A DNA stretch of 63,686 bases, filler included, from Pseudovirgaria hyperparasitica (taxonomy: Eukaryota), in the NCBI GenBank assembly GCA_010093815.1. It is 5 parts of 4 records of this genome, joined end to end, with 100 filler letters (N's around TTAATTAATTAA, not from the genome) between each part and the next. Parts side by side here need not be neighbours in the genome. Positions count along the whole stretch, not along the records: positions 23,851 to 41,244 come from ML996606.1; 4 more parts are not named here. One strand, given 5' to 3'. Positions 24,621 to 37,422 of the stretch are shown here, piece by piece (position 1 is the first letter of the stretch; each line of letters opens with the position of its first letter). The notes under the pieces are model-generated. The model searched no databases and was not told where the DNA came from. It saw only the letters and a program-made list of their open reading frames with translations. Position numbers and translations under genes: made by a program.

Positions 24621-26543
24621 TTGAGATATTGCGGTGATTTAGGGATTGACTGGAGTGGTGCCATCGTTACTGACTGAAGAGAGTATTGGGGATATGAGAA
24701 ATCGGCCTGGTTGGGATTCTGTTGCAGTGAATTCCAGTATGTCGGTTGGCCGTATAGAGGTGTTAGATGCAGACTGCCGTAGTAATCCGGAGAGCCACCA
24801 GCAGATATACTAGGTAAGTGTGGACTGTGGTGTGTAGGGGCAGTTCCGTACATGGTGTCGGAATGTGACGAAGCGCTGGATGGTTGTGGAAACAGTTGGC
24901 TCATAATGTCATTAACGCCCAGCACAGAGCGGTCGGTGTCTTCGGTGACGTAGTCAGTCATTGGGTTTTTCTAAAGCTTTCTGTTCTCGAGGCTAGACTT
25001 TTGCAATATGGATCAGTCTTTTACAAGGCCAAGAATGATTAGGCGCGATTAATGTCGGCCGCGTATGAGAAAACTGGGCGTAGGAAGCGGCGTAGGAGGG
25101 TGTTGACGTGTGATCGTTGAGGGTTTAAAGAAGATGTGTATCTTGCGAATGTCCAGCACCAGAAAGCGACTGAAGGGAGGTGTGACAATGCCGTAGAGTT
25201 AGCCACCGTGCAAGGCCTTATCTAGGGGTGTCTATGCTAAAACCAGTGTCGAGGGCTGATAAGTTTCACTGCTTCAAAGAATTGTAAAGATCTTCTCAGC
25301 ATAGGGTCTAGGTTTTACGATAGGCTGCTTCTGAGCGGAAGTCGCTAGGCTGGCGATGCTTATGTATCAATGCGTCTGGGATAACGTAGGTAGCAATATT
25401 ATATGAGTCTACGTTCTCAAACTTTCAAGCGCCCAAGCCCCTCGTGATCCGCACCATACGCCAAAACGATCGGGATGTCAGAACTATCGACGACAACGGC
25501 ATCAAGATATCTCAGCAAACGGGCTTAAGCTACCGAGAGTGTCACGATCGCTTCCATATTCGACTTGTCAAGAATCTCCGTGGAGACTCCAGTCAGATAC
25601 CTTTACAGCGGCCATAAGATCTTCGAATGGAGCAATGACGGAGAAACTCGGCACAACGGGTTGAAGACTAGGAACGAGAAAGAATGGAGAGCCGGATATC
25701 ACATTCGTTTCATTGACCGCATACATTCATTTGCTAGCTGAAATACGCGCAACTTCCTTGCATTACCTGCCGAAATCAGTGACTTGTGTGCAAGACCCAG
25801 GCATGAGCGTAAAATCCATCTTGCAGCATCCCGTCAGGAGTGAGCTCTTCTTTGTTCAGTGTCGACGACGTGCATATAAGCGGGTGAAGCAGCCGAAGTC
25901 GATCTAGGGCTAGATTTGCAAGTCTCCCAATGGCACCGAAGTCCTTCCCCTGTAGACAAGACTAGAGACCGAATTCAGCAGAAGGACAAAGGAATGCATT
26001 GATAGCGCGATTGGTAGAGGCAATGCTTGAACGTACTCTCAAGCTTCAAAGCTCAGTTGCTTGCCACCACGTAGATCTTTGTTGACCCTCTGAAGGGCTT
26101 GTTCAGCATCTTGTGACAGGGATATTCTGGACTTGCCCAACCATCGGAGATATATTTTGCGGAGAAGGGGAATATCCTCACGCTTGAAGGTAATTCCATG
26201 AACCATTTCTTGCCACGATGCCCACAAGTTGGTTTGGTCAACTGCGTTAAACCTACCGTCGCCGTGTTTCAACCGAATGCCTACAACTGAAGAAAGCTCC
26301 TCGAAGCACTCATTAATCATTTTGGGCTTGCGATCGGGTGGCGAATGCAACATCCGTAAAGATTCTGCGCTAATCCCCACCGCTGTGTTATGTATGGTAT
26401 CGTTTTGAGATTCAGGGGGGGCCATGGAGTTTTGGCTTTCGAGAAGAATTCGGGCTCTTTCATAGGCGTCTTCTTCATGCGGGATAGGATCCTTTCCGAA
26501 ATGAAGGTAGTGCCGAAAGACGGAAGGACATAATGAGGAGACA

Positions 26544-27334
26544 CTAGCTAGAATTAATCCCTTCTAGGAGATTAGCAAATTTTATGGCACTCATAAGGCT
26601 CCTCACAGCTTGAATGTTGAACACAGCGAGTATCAGTGCGACTACAGACACCCCAATGTATACGAAGCATCTAATGAGCATTATGTTGTAAGGTGGCGTG
26701 TGGAGCGTGTGGATGCCCGACCTCTGAGACCAAGACAACCAACACCAGAAGGCAGCAAAGCTGTAGAATGCTGTCTGCCAAATGCAGCAGGAGCGGGCCC
26801 ACTCATACGACAGTACTTTTAGTAGTACCATGATCCTGAGGTATTAAACGATGTAATAACCACTATAAAAGAAAAACTTACGAGGCAACACACACTCCAA
26901 CGTTAGATACTATACAAATAGGAAACGTCATGTGGAAGTAATCGGGGCTAAACATCAAAAATAGCCAGAAAAACTACGAAATTGTTAAAGTCTATTCTCA
27001 TGGAGTACGAATGAATAAGTAGACTTACATCGTATAGATGTAGGAATACACTGCTGAGAGATAATAGTGCCTGGCTAAATTCTGCCTCATGATTCGAGGA
27101 GAGTTCTATAATGATACAGATGACGCTGGCAGAACTTAAGAATAAGGGACCGTAACTTTTCCACTGGGACGTTAGTGCCGTAAGGCTGTTGTAGACGACG
27201 AACAGACAGAACGGAAAACAGACAAGGGCGAACGTATGTAGCAGTCCCGGAGAAGGGATAGGTTTGGCTGTGTCAAACATATCGAGTGGTGGAGAAGGCA
27301 ACCAAATGACGGTGTGTTGACCGGTCAGAGACAT
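26544..27334 (-). CDS. Possible multi-exon membrane protein of unknown function (5' end runs toward the gap)
   Basis: Two adjacent same-strand hydrophobic ORFs (26948..27334 and 26544..26831). No recognisable domain. Confidence 0.3.
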
Positions 27335-28184
27335 ACGGAGTTATATATTTCGGGGCAAGTCCTTACCTCGACTCCAGATTGTGTCAGTCGAACGGTCACG
27401 CATCCTGATCCACATTCCACACCTTTTNNNNNNNNNNNNNNNNNNNNNNNNNNNNNNNNNNNNNNNNNNNNNNNNNNNNNNNNNNNNNNNNNNNNNNNNN
27501 NNNNNNNNNNNNNNNNNNNNNNNNNNNNNNNNNNNNNNNNNNNNNNNNNNNNNNNNNNNNNNNNNNNNNNNNNNNNNNNNNNNNNNNNNNNNNNNNNNNN
27601 NNNNNNNNNNNNNNNNNNNNNNNNNNNNNNNNNNNNNNNNNNNNNNNNNNNNNNNNNNNNNNNNNNNNNNNNNNNNNNNNNNNNNNNNNNNNNNNNNNNN
27701 NNNNNNNNNNNNNNNNNNNNNNNNNNNNNNNNNNNNNNNNNNNNNNNNNNNNNNNNNNNNNNNNNNNNNNNNNNNNNNNNNNNNNNNNNNNNNNNNNNNN
27801 NNNNNNNNNNNNNNNNNNNNNNNNNNNNNNNNNNNNNNNNNNNNNNNNNNNNNNNNNNNNNNNNNNNNNNNNNNNNNNNNNNNNNNNNNNNNNNNNNNNN
27901 NNNNNNNNNNNNNNNNNNNNNNNNNNNGAATCAGCCAACACTCCGTTAAAGTGTGAAATATTATTCACAAGCGAGATCTAGTAGCCTTGCAATTGTAGCG
28001 AGCTTTGGTGGCTTTATCGTTTCTGTGTCCTTTGTGACCACACCCCAAAACCGACTCACCCTCGATTGTTTAAAGTATATATAGTACTTTTCTGATAGGT
28101 ATTTTATATATTTTTATACCTAAGTTATGCTGTTCGCGTTACTACCCTCCATGTTACTTATGGTCACGGAAAAATGCCGGCCGA

Positions 28185-28510
28185 CAGGCAGGCCTCGAGC
28201 GGGAGGACTTACTTTTGATCCCGTATACGATGATCAATAACTGCCCCTGCCGCCTTGCCCCCTGTCAGAGGCTCTGCCGTTGCTGGCGCTTACTGGGCAA
28301 TCGGAGTGCTGGTGACGAAGACACCCCTTCCGGTTCCCTTGTTTGTAAACACCGCCCCAATCCAACGCAGCGTCTTTTTCTCCTCCTTTAGTCCAATCAT
28401 GCTTGTAACACGACCATCTTTTGATACTGTTGCGCAGCTGCAATGGCCTGTAAGTGCTACCTTATGGAACTACTAATACAGATTCTTACGACGGATTCAG
28501 GCTCTACATG
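28185..28510 (+). repeat. Dispersed modular cassette, copy 1 (other partial copies: 30438-30473 +, 33367-33495 -, 34430-34658 +, 40437-40797 +, 42398-42464 -, 51089-51285 -)
   Basis: Shared blocks: ttttgatcccgtatacga(t/c)gatc; ctgggcaatcggagtgctggt; cttccggttcccttgtt(t/c)gtaa; palindrome ctcttggcaaca-N-tgttgccaagag; ATG exon + GTAAGT intron ending GCTCTACATG. Confidence 0.88.
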
Positions 28511-29466
28511 CCAAAGGAGCTGATCTTCTTGGTTTCGAATTTAGGAGATCTTTTGAGCCATCTTTATTGTGGCTTACTTAAACCAGGTATCTTGCACTCC
28601 TCCGATAGGCGTGGGTAGAACAATAAGAAGCCACATATGGGGGTGTTGACTTCGCGTAGAAATGTGTTGCCACCCAGCAATTGAAGCTTTATTTTAGAGT
28701 ATTGTTACAACATTCTCGTGATAACGATGCGTTTGACCCGGCCGTATTCGTCGTATCACCTGTGCAGCAGGTAGTACTAGCCAGCACGAACTCATCGAAA
28801 AGCCCATCTGCATGACGCTAATTCGCCGGCCACCGCTACTAATAAAGATGCCATAGCATCCACTCGCTCGGTCAAAAATGAGATGAGGACCATTAGAAGT
28901 GGAAGCATTTCGAGATCTATTGTGGACCAGTCTGATATCAACGTGAAGGCCGTCCGTAGTACCTTCACCATCACGCCTTATGCTTATTACACCGTAGTGT
29001 TATATTTACTAGAGCTAGCTGCTATCTGAATGGAGATGAGTAGTCTTAATTCCTGAAAGGGGTAGCTCGGGATGTGTATCACAACACGGACGGCACTTTT
29101 ATTCAGAACTAGGTAGGCGGGCCTTCCATCCCTGTCCAGATTCCTGATACCGTGCTCGCTGATATGCGCCGTGCAGCCTAATTAAGGTTGTGACTCTAGT
29201 CATTCTCGGGGAGCAGTCTCTGCGGGTAGGCTGGGGGTGTCGTTCTTTCCAGCTGGTGAACAGAGTCGACCCCCTCGAGGTTGGCACCAGGCTTGGCTGC
29301 AAAGCCCCCCAGCATCGTAAAACTACCCTTCATCACACTCATTCTCCCTTCGTTATGAAGCTCCTCACAGCACGTGAAATTGTCCTACATTATTACCCTC
29401 ATGTCTCCATCTAATCATGAGAAGCAACCATAACCACAAATCGACAGTACGGCCTCAGGGGCGTCA

Positions 29467-29605
29467 GTCCTTACCCACTGCTGTGTATCTCCAGTCTTCC
29501 TAGTCCCACGACAACCAAACTTTATCCCCAACCGCCATCATCATGAGAGGTTGGCGAAGTGCTCTATTGATCATTGTGGTCACAGTATTAGGTCTAAACC
29601 TCCTG
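29467..29605 (+). repeat. ~140-nt near-identical direct repeat with 41106-41244 (second copy runs into a spacer)
   Basis: gtccttacccactgctgtgtatctcc...ggtctaaacctcctg, with one mismatch seen. Confidence 0.9.
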
Positions 29606-29740
29606 CTCCAGAATGTGAACCTTCTCGAGATTTTTAATTTCGAAGCGATCCTCCTGTTGATACTCGTGGCACTTATTCTAATTTTTGCCCTAAGTTGGGT
29701 AGTATTCCATTATACATTGGGGGTTATTATGCGACTGTAA
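29543..29740 (+). CDS. Putative 65-aa two-TM membrane microprotein
   Basis: ATG in good context (catcATG) and two long hydrophobic stretches. The 5' part is duplicated at 41182. Confidence 0.35.
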   Translation: MRGWRSALLIIVVTVLGLNLLLQNVNLLEIFNFEAILLLILVALILIFALSWVVFHYTLGVIMRL

Positions 29741-30971
29741 GACTACCAACTTTGATATATGCACTCGACTAACTCTATACGAAGGTGGCAAGATGGCCAT
29801 GGACATAATGGGAGAGAGAGAAGCGAAGTGTGAATGACTATGGGCTTTGCGAACCTGCTGCTATGGAACCTGCTGCTATGGAACCTGCTGCTATGCGTTC
29901 AATTTTTTTCGAAGAAGAGCGTACTCCGATACCGTTTAGAGCTTCGTGGCCCCAATTGTATAGCGCAGGACATTTATCTGATAACGAACGAAGATGTGTT
30001 ACGCCTTGCTCACGCAATTTATCCATCGTGTTGATATGGGGTGGGACAATCTGGTACCTGTTTCCTAGAAGATGTACGATATCATACACGCTGAACGCGT
30101 TAATATTGAGTTCTCTAGCTAGAATTTCCACGAGAGCAGTGAATGTGATTTTCAGCTGTTCCTCGTCCGTGTTAACCGTGCGATCTGGTCGGTTCTCTAG
30201 TAGTAAATGGGTGTACAAATGCAGCTAACGCCGTTAGAGATGTAAGGGCTCCAGTTAAAGCTTGACTTCTGTCGACGACATGCTTTGATGTGAACAAGAA
30301 ATTTTATGGCCTGACAGATAAGGCAACCAATGAGAAGCAGTACATCTTTTAATATAATGTGTAGCGGCTGGAGAGACATGTTGGATTCAAGAAGGCACCG
30401 AAATGGAGGTATACTAATCGGTGGGTGGCACTATGAGGAAGACACTCCTTCCGGTTCCCTTGTTTGTAAAGCCGGTACTTTGTATTATGAACAATGTAAT
30501 AAGTGACAAGAGCATTGGTCTCACCTATGAATCGATTGGGCAGCTTAGGCGAATCCTACCGGTACACGCCATGGGTGTAGGTAGCTCCTATTCAGAATAG
30601 CGAGCCTTTAGCAATATGACCCGTCGTTACAGTTCTGTCATTTCGAAACCTGCATAAGTGGCTCAAGGATAAACGGACCAAAAGGGTCTCTTTGCATAAT
30701 ATCACAGTCTCCAGTGACCTCAAAATCGCCTTAGTTCAATGAATGAGACGCAAGTATTCTAGACATTTAGGAATTTAAGTAAAGCTCTAGCTATTGTCCT
30801 TTCCAAATGAAATATGCGTTAAGATGGAGTTCCATCACCATTTCCAATTTTCCTTTGATCGTCCACCTTCCACGACGTCTTTCCAACTTGTTTTCAACTC
30901 GACAGCAACGCCCTCGAAATAATAAGACAGGTGTACGAGAGGTCCAGCTCAACATGCCAACCACACAATAC

Positions 30972-32273
30972 TCAATAGAAGGCCCTAACATAATCTCCTC
31001 CGACCTCTCTCTCATCCACATTCGCCAACTCATGGATCTTCTCAACACGAATCACATCCAAGCCCTTGCCTAGAGCGCTCAGCGCATCGCTCCTAACAAC
31101 ACATGAAAACACCATATCCCACCCCTGAACGCCTGACGCATAGAATGCTTCGGCGGCCGCACTCTCTCTGCTCCCGAATCTCAGTACCTTGAAGACCTTC
31201 TCTGTCGGACTCGGCCCTCGTGCACTAAAGTCCGGAGCCAGATCCATGTATGCTGAGAGCACGACAATGTATACGAGCGACGTGTTCTCCAAATTATTAG
31301 CCACAGTGTGCGTACAAGTCGTAAAGACGTGACTAGCCCATACTCTTGTAATGCTGGCGTTCAGGGGCGAGATGGAGCGGCCCTCGACTTCGGTGCTCAG
31401 GTACTCCGTCGCGCTGGCAAGCTCGCCACGTTTGCACAGGGACAGCATGTGTGACTCATCGGACGCGGCCGGCCAGCGGTACCAGACTTCGATTTCGGCA
31501 GCGCGCAGGAGTGACGAGTGTTTGGCGAAGTCATAGGAGCCGGCGTTGTGGAAGGTGATGTATATTCTCTTGTTGAATATAGTGCGCACGAGTTTCTCTT
31601 CGGGCCTGTTGTCGTCTGTGTAGACTACAGGAATGAGTTCTGAGTGGGAGGTAATGATCTCAGAGCCATTCAGGGGGTCTGTTGGAACTGGATGCATACC
31701 ACCAACATGTTCAAATGGAACCATACCTGGAGGTAAGGATGATCTGAGTGGCGCCCCCTGAGGTGGTGGCGGTGGAATGTAAGGGCTCTTACAAGGCCTC
31801 ATGTTCTTTGGTGAGAATGCGGGGGGATTGCGGTGCACGAGTGGTGTAGGCGCCTGATTCGTAGACACAGGCATTGATGACCTGGGAGCTGTTCGTGCTA
31901 AATTGGCATTGGGGACAGGACCAGGTGCAGAGGGTGCCTTCGTGATTTTTGGTTCGTGGGACAGGGTTGCGGTGTTTGGTCTCATCGAGGTTTGCAGCGT
32001 CTCCTCGTCTTGCTTGTCCTTCGATGCAAGGGACACTATTGGCCGTCTGCTCTTGAAGGCAGTGTGAGGACTCTGCGCCGCAGCGCTTGCGTGGGTGGCA
32101 TTGAGCTCATTATTACGTGAAGTTCCTGTTTCGATCGAATCCTTAGTTTGAGGCGTGTATACATACGCTGTGTCTATACCGTTCCGAGTCTTTCTTTCTG
32201 TGGAGACCTGGCACCCATCGTCGTAAGGCGTGTTGATTGCGTCGACAAATACCATATCTTCGTCGTTCCTCAT
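30972..32273 (-). CDS. Hypothetical protein, 433 aa (Pro/Ser-rich N-terminus, globular C-terminus)
   Basis: Long uninterrupted ATG-initiated ORF with normal composition. No domain recognised. Confidence 0.7.
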   Translation of the reverse strand: MRNDEDMVFVDAINTPYDDGCQVSTERKTRNGIDTAYVYTPQTKDSIETGTSRNNELNATHASAAAQSPHTAFKSRRPIVSLASKDKQDEETLQTSMRPNTATLSHEPKITKAPSAPGPVPNANLARTAPRSSMPVSTNQAPTPLVHRNPPAFSPKNMRPCKSPYIPPPPPQGAPLRSSLPPGMVPFEHVGGMHPVPTDPLNGSEIITSHSELIPVVYTDDNRPEEKLVRTIFNKRIYITFHNAGSYDFAKHSSLLRAAEIEVWYRWPAASDESHMLSLCKRGELASATEYLSTEVEGRSISPLNASITRVWASHVFTTCTHTVANNLENTSLVYIVVLSAYMDLAPDFSARGPSPTEKVFKVLRFGSRESAAAEAFYASGVQGWDMVFSCVVRSDALSALGKGLDVIRVEKIHELANVDEREVGGDYVRAFY

Positions 32274-35200
32274 TGTCAGTCGGGTTGATCGATGAAAAGG
32301 AGTTGGTTGGATCGTAGAAGATTGATTTAGCTTTGGACTACTCTACATGTGTGATGACGAGCGATTCTTATATCCCATGATGAGATAAGCGCCCAGGTGC
32401 CGATGTGTTGGTGCAACGATGCCTCACTTTAAAGCTCGATATCATGGTATAGATAGGGTCCATATTGTGAGGCAACGCTAAACCGAATTGATACTTCGAG
32501 ACGACCCCCAGGTAGCGACGGCGAGGCCATACATCCCATACCCAGTGCATACCAGCATTGACAGGTATGACCAGTCCAAGGCTGCTGCATTGCTGTTGCA
32601 TTGTTAATGCTCCGAAGCACGCTGTACGTCCTCGGAAGCCAGCTCCTTGGTAACCAATTAGGGATAAACATTACACTTGGTATGTGCTGGCAAGGGAGCA
32701 ACTCGGCTACGCCCTCACTACAGTTATTTGAGGACAGCCAATGCTTCATACCTGGGAGGCTTAGACACACCAGTCGGTGAGCTCCCTCTGCATGGCGGTA
32801 GACCGCTCAGAACAAACCGCTGTTTTTTAGCGCCCAGCTTTCGGACTTCCCCACGCCATGGCGTCCACTTTCTAAGATGAAGCTTAAGAGTACCAGTCAG
32901 CATGACCTCATCGAAAAGCACATCTACATGATATGATCGGACGTGCACCGCCCCCCTCCTATCTGTATAGCTCATGAATTTGTTTTTTTCCGAAAAGACA
33001 CAACCACCCGGGGGTCGCAAGACTCACCGATCACCGATGTGTCTATGGGTACATAGGAGTAGCGATGACTAACCCGTTAAGGACTTATAACCCATTCTTA
33101 ATGACAGGGGTAGTCTCATTAAACCTGGTAAGTGGCTTTATGCACAGCTAAAGGATCTTCGAGACAGGTTGGCATGTTAGAATGAGGATTATGTATGAGG
33201 ATCCGACCAGGCATCCACGCGATCGCTCTAAGAGAAAGTGTGATGGAAAATGATTCTGCTTGTTCTGTAGAGAACGGGACAACGAGTGTGATTCACTTGT
33301 CTCGAAAACAGGCTATCAAGTGTATAAAGCTAGCAACAGCAGAGCCCCTGACAGGATGCACGCAGCACTGGCGGCTGGTGTGCGACAAGGCGGCAGGGGC
33401 AGCTTCATGCATTGCTCGAGCGGGACTACGGATCGTCGTATACGGGATTAAAAGCAAGTCCTGCCGCTCGAGACCTGCCTCCCAACCTGCCATTCTGTGG
33501 AGGAATTGGATACTGAGGCTATAGTTTCTACCAAGTCAGACTTGGTTAAGACTCAGCTGGATGTATATAAAAGTCTGGCAGAAGGTTGGATTGCTTATAT
33601 CATGCGACACATGGAGGTGCCAACCCCTCACAAGAAACTTCCATGATCGCTAGATGCATCATGATCTGACCATAGAGGGTATCCCGAAAAAAAAACCACA
33701 GACGCTCTTATCGCCCCATTGTGTTCAAAACTTTGCACCGAAATGCTCCTTCGCATACTGTTAACACGTCTAACAGAGCCTCTGGTCGGCATACGGGTCT
33801 CCTTTACACTCCCCTTTGATTGCTGTAACACGAATTACGCCGATGCAGCCGTTCTTGCTAGACACTTTGAACTCAAACATGGCCTCGACAAAAAGCACAA
33901 AGCACAGGCTCAATTCTGGGTGTTTGTTTGGTCGACAGGCCGAGGTAATATACTGTATCATATGGTCCAACGCGTTCTTGCGTCCATGCGCTTGCAGCAT
34001 CCGATCAGCGAAGCAGCGTTTTGCTTCTTGACCAGAATTACATCCTTGCATATCTTGGAGCGTACTGCATTGAGCTGTTCCGCGGTTGCGCGAGGGCACT
34101 GCAGCCCCGGCACGCACCCACATCACATCCCTGATAAATGATCTCCCATTCTGACTCGTCATGATTACGGTATGCAAGCCACTCGACACCCCGGGACCCT
34201 CAAAGGAAACCATCTCTAATGCATTTGTTTTCGAGCATTACAAGACCTGCATAGATGTTCTTTACTCCCGCCGCAAGTTGCGATGGTAAGATGGATCTAG
34301 AGTCTGGCTGCAAGAGTAGTCGGGACAGTAACTTCCCGACTGGATAATCAATGTATTATCATGACAGAGTAGTGCGGGCATAATATAAATCGAGTTTAGA
34401 GGCCTACAGCATGGATAGAATAGACACGGTAGCCCGGGGTAAAGCTACTCTTGGCAACAATTTGTTGCCAAGAGTAACTTTACCCCGGCTGAAGAGCTTC
34501 CACCGCCCCAACTTCTCCTTCTCCTCCTTTAGTCCAATCAATTATCATGCCTGTAACACGACCATCTTTTGATGCTGTTGCGCGGCAGCAATGGCCCGTA
34601 AGTGCTACCTTATGGAACTACCAATACAGATTCTTACGACGGACTCAGGCTCTACATGTAAAATCCGCCTTATTTTAGGCGTTATGATAGGTTCCATTGG
34701 TGTCAACGTCTTATGTTATATCTACGAGAGGACATTTTTAACCAGACGAAGTGCATGTTTATTTTTGTTCTTCGGCCAGTTGCCAGCTAAGGACCCTATT
34801 ATTAGCGATGCCGTAGGGTGTCCTTTAGTCCTAGATTGCAACAGCTGGCATAGCTCAGAAGTTTGAACTGAAATCGACTGATTTTAACTAATGTTAATCG
34901 CCTATGCCTCAAAACAACATTTAATATACGTGATTTTGGCTTATTTCGACTGATTTTGATCGCGCATGCCTCAAGACAACACACAATACACGTAATTTTA
35001 ACTAATTTTAACTTATTAATCACGCGGACTAAGCAGGATCTAAGACTGAACTTCTGACTCTCAACCTTAGACTTTTGACTCTTGGAAGTGTGGCCCTCGG
35101 ACACCTACCGTCGACGATAGTCTTAGGTCAGGATGATGTTATTAACCGACTTCCCACACGAGTTTCTCGAATGTGATAGGCTGATGATTAAGCTTGAAAG

Positions 35201-35640
35201 GACCCAGCTTCGGACCGGCACAAGGTGGGAGTAAACGATGACCCGAATGCAGATGACTGACTGATGGCATTTGCTGGAGAATATTGCGGGCCACGATACA
35301 AAGGGGAAAGGGCTCTTCTATGACTATCGTCAGGAGATGTGAAGTCGGAAATTGATGCTCTCGCTTCCAGGACGGATTATTCACAACTCCGAAGTACCCC
35401 CGGTTTGAACTGTACACTTCACCCTCGAAGTCGTCTACAGCGCGAGGATTTATTCTGTCATGTCTCAGCTGTCGATCTTGCTTTCCACCATAGTGTCTTC
35501 TCATGTCTCTCCCTTTCCTCTTCCTTTTTCCTGGGAGGTGCATGCTACCTGCCTGGAGATGTGTAACTACAGCGGCTCAGACTTCCTATCAAACAATCAG
35601 CTCAATTCTGTGCCTATATTTGAAGCTGAAATGAAGTACT

Positions 35641-35817
35641 TCAGTTTACCCTGCTGTATATTTGAACTGGACTGTCAGTTCTAGTAGTAGAATTGAAGTT
35701 GACTGAGTTGAAATGAAGTTTAGTAGGTGGTCGAAGAAAATCGTGAATATAGTCAAAATATAGCATATTTAAGGCTATATAGATAATTTTTGTATACCTT
35801 TTCGTACACCTAGACGT
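35641..35817 (+). repeat. Diverged direct repeat with 57477-57639
   Basis: Shared blocks gtatatttgaac..g.ctgtcagttctagtagtagaattgaagttgact.agttgaa and ttttcgtac.cctagacg. Confidence 0.85.
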
Positions 35818-36079
35818 AAGTCGTCTAAACCGTCTATGTTTCTAGTATAAGCTCGGCGGTATAATCTCGGCGGTATGATCTCGGCGGTATAAACTCGGCT
35901 CGGAATGGAATATCATTTTTCCGGTATGCCGTAATGCCTAACCTCCTAGGCCACCTATAGTCTACCCATATACATATACGAATATACTAAGTATATATAT
36001 ACTTCAGTTCAGTCCAATTATTTACAGTTCAGTACTATCTTAAATTGAAGTTGAATTGAAGTTGAACTGATTGATAGGA

Positions 36080-36530
36080 AGTCTGGTGTGGCCTGATTAG
36101 GGTACTTTTCTTGTAGGCTAGGAAGTAACCCTTCTTGACTCTATAGGTAACGAATCCATTAACAGAGATAGCGCCACACGCGCTGTACGTCTGGCCATGA
36201 TTAATGCGAGCAGATTGCGTAGGTGTCTCTCCACGAGGAGCCCTACCTCGCCTCATCCACCCTGTTTTCTCGTTGAAGATAATCTCATCAATGAATACAA
36301 GGCGCTTAGTAGGTAACTGGGCAATATCCTCACGATAGGAGCGACGTGCAACCTTAGAGCGGTCAGAGCTAATACGCTGTAATAGCCGCCGAGTCTATCC
36401 TCGCTTTTTTGTCAGGTTACTATCTCGAGCTCTTTATATAGCCAATCTAGATTATACCTCAGGCGCTGGACTGTCGATATAGATACCTGAGACTTCTCTA
36501 CGGTAATAGTAGTTGGCACGTCGTGCTCGA
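36080..36530 (-). mobile_element. Tc1/IS630-type DDE transposase fragment (chimeric, degraded)
   Basis: Minus-strand reading RLVFIDEIIFNEKTGWMRRGRAPRG...YSACGAISVNG is the first catalytic-D region typical of DDE_3 transposases. Confidence 0.75.
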
Positions 36531-37139
36531 GGATAAACCCTACCAGGTAGGCCTACTATCCATACACGCGACTGTAAGCCTAAAACACCGGAAATATATG
36601 AAATAAGGGCTATACTAAGTCCTAGATGGCCTCAAAAACCTACCGAATACGTATATTCGGTAATTACGACGCGTGGGCGACGAGTATACGACAAAATGCC
36701 AAAACATGCGAGTGCCAAGCTCGTCCGGTTCTAGGAAAACGACGGATTGACCCCTGGGTTGGCTCGTGTCTCAGCAATTCCTCACAATCGTGCGTTACCT
36801 GCCACCGGTTTCCGGCAATCAAACTCGGGGATGTGGGAAGGTTTCGAATCAGCCTGTCGTGGGGGGCAACTCGTTCCTGTATATTATGCCCGCACTACTT
36901 TCTGTCTTTTTCATGGTAACTAGCAACATACGCTATAGGTATCCCGGCCAATGAAACAGAGGTCAGGCAGATCAACACAGGGATTTACCCTTACTCAGAA
37001 AGCCCGGAAACTTTTCACTGTCACCTTTGGCGCCGAAATTTGTCAAAGGTGACAGATTTCGGCGCACACAATTCAAATTGGTGGGAATAGAATTCTTTGT
37101 GGGTTTACGACGCCAGTACCTATCGTCGAATTAACTTCC

Positions 37140-37305
37140 TCCTCGAGCACGACGTGCCAACTACTATTACCGTAGAGAAGTCTCAGGTATCTATATCGAC
37201 AGTCCAGCGCCTGAGGTATAATCTAGATTGGCTATATAAAGAGCTCGAGATAGTAACCTGACAAAAAAGCGAGGATAGACTCGGCGGCTATTACAGCGTA
37301 TTAGC
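37140..37305 (+). repeat. ~165-nt apparently exact inverted copy of 36367-36532, encoding an HTH-like transposase piece
   Basis: tcctcgagcacgacgtgccaac...ttacagcgtattagc is the reverse complement of 36367-36532. It translates as VSISTVQRLRYNLDW. Confidence 0.88.
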
Positions 37306-37422
37306 AAGTAGGTACAAGTGTTGTCTAGAAGGTGGCGATAAGCTCCTGGGTGATACAAGAGCTTCTCAAATATAGTAGAACTGCCTGATTTTATAACACA
37401 AAGTCAGCCTCGCTAGACAGGT

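Noticed and set aside
27314..27968. ORFs of about 190-210 aa spanning the 500-N gap
   Set aside because: They consist mostly of X residues from the gap.
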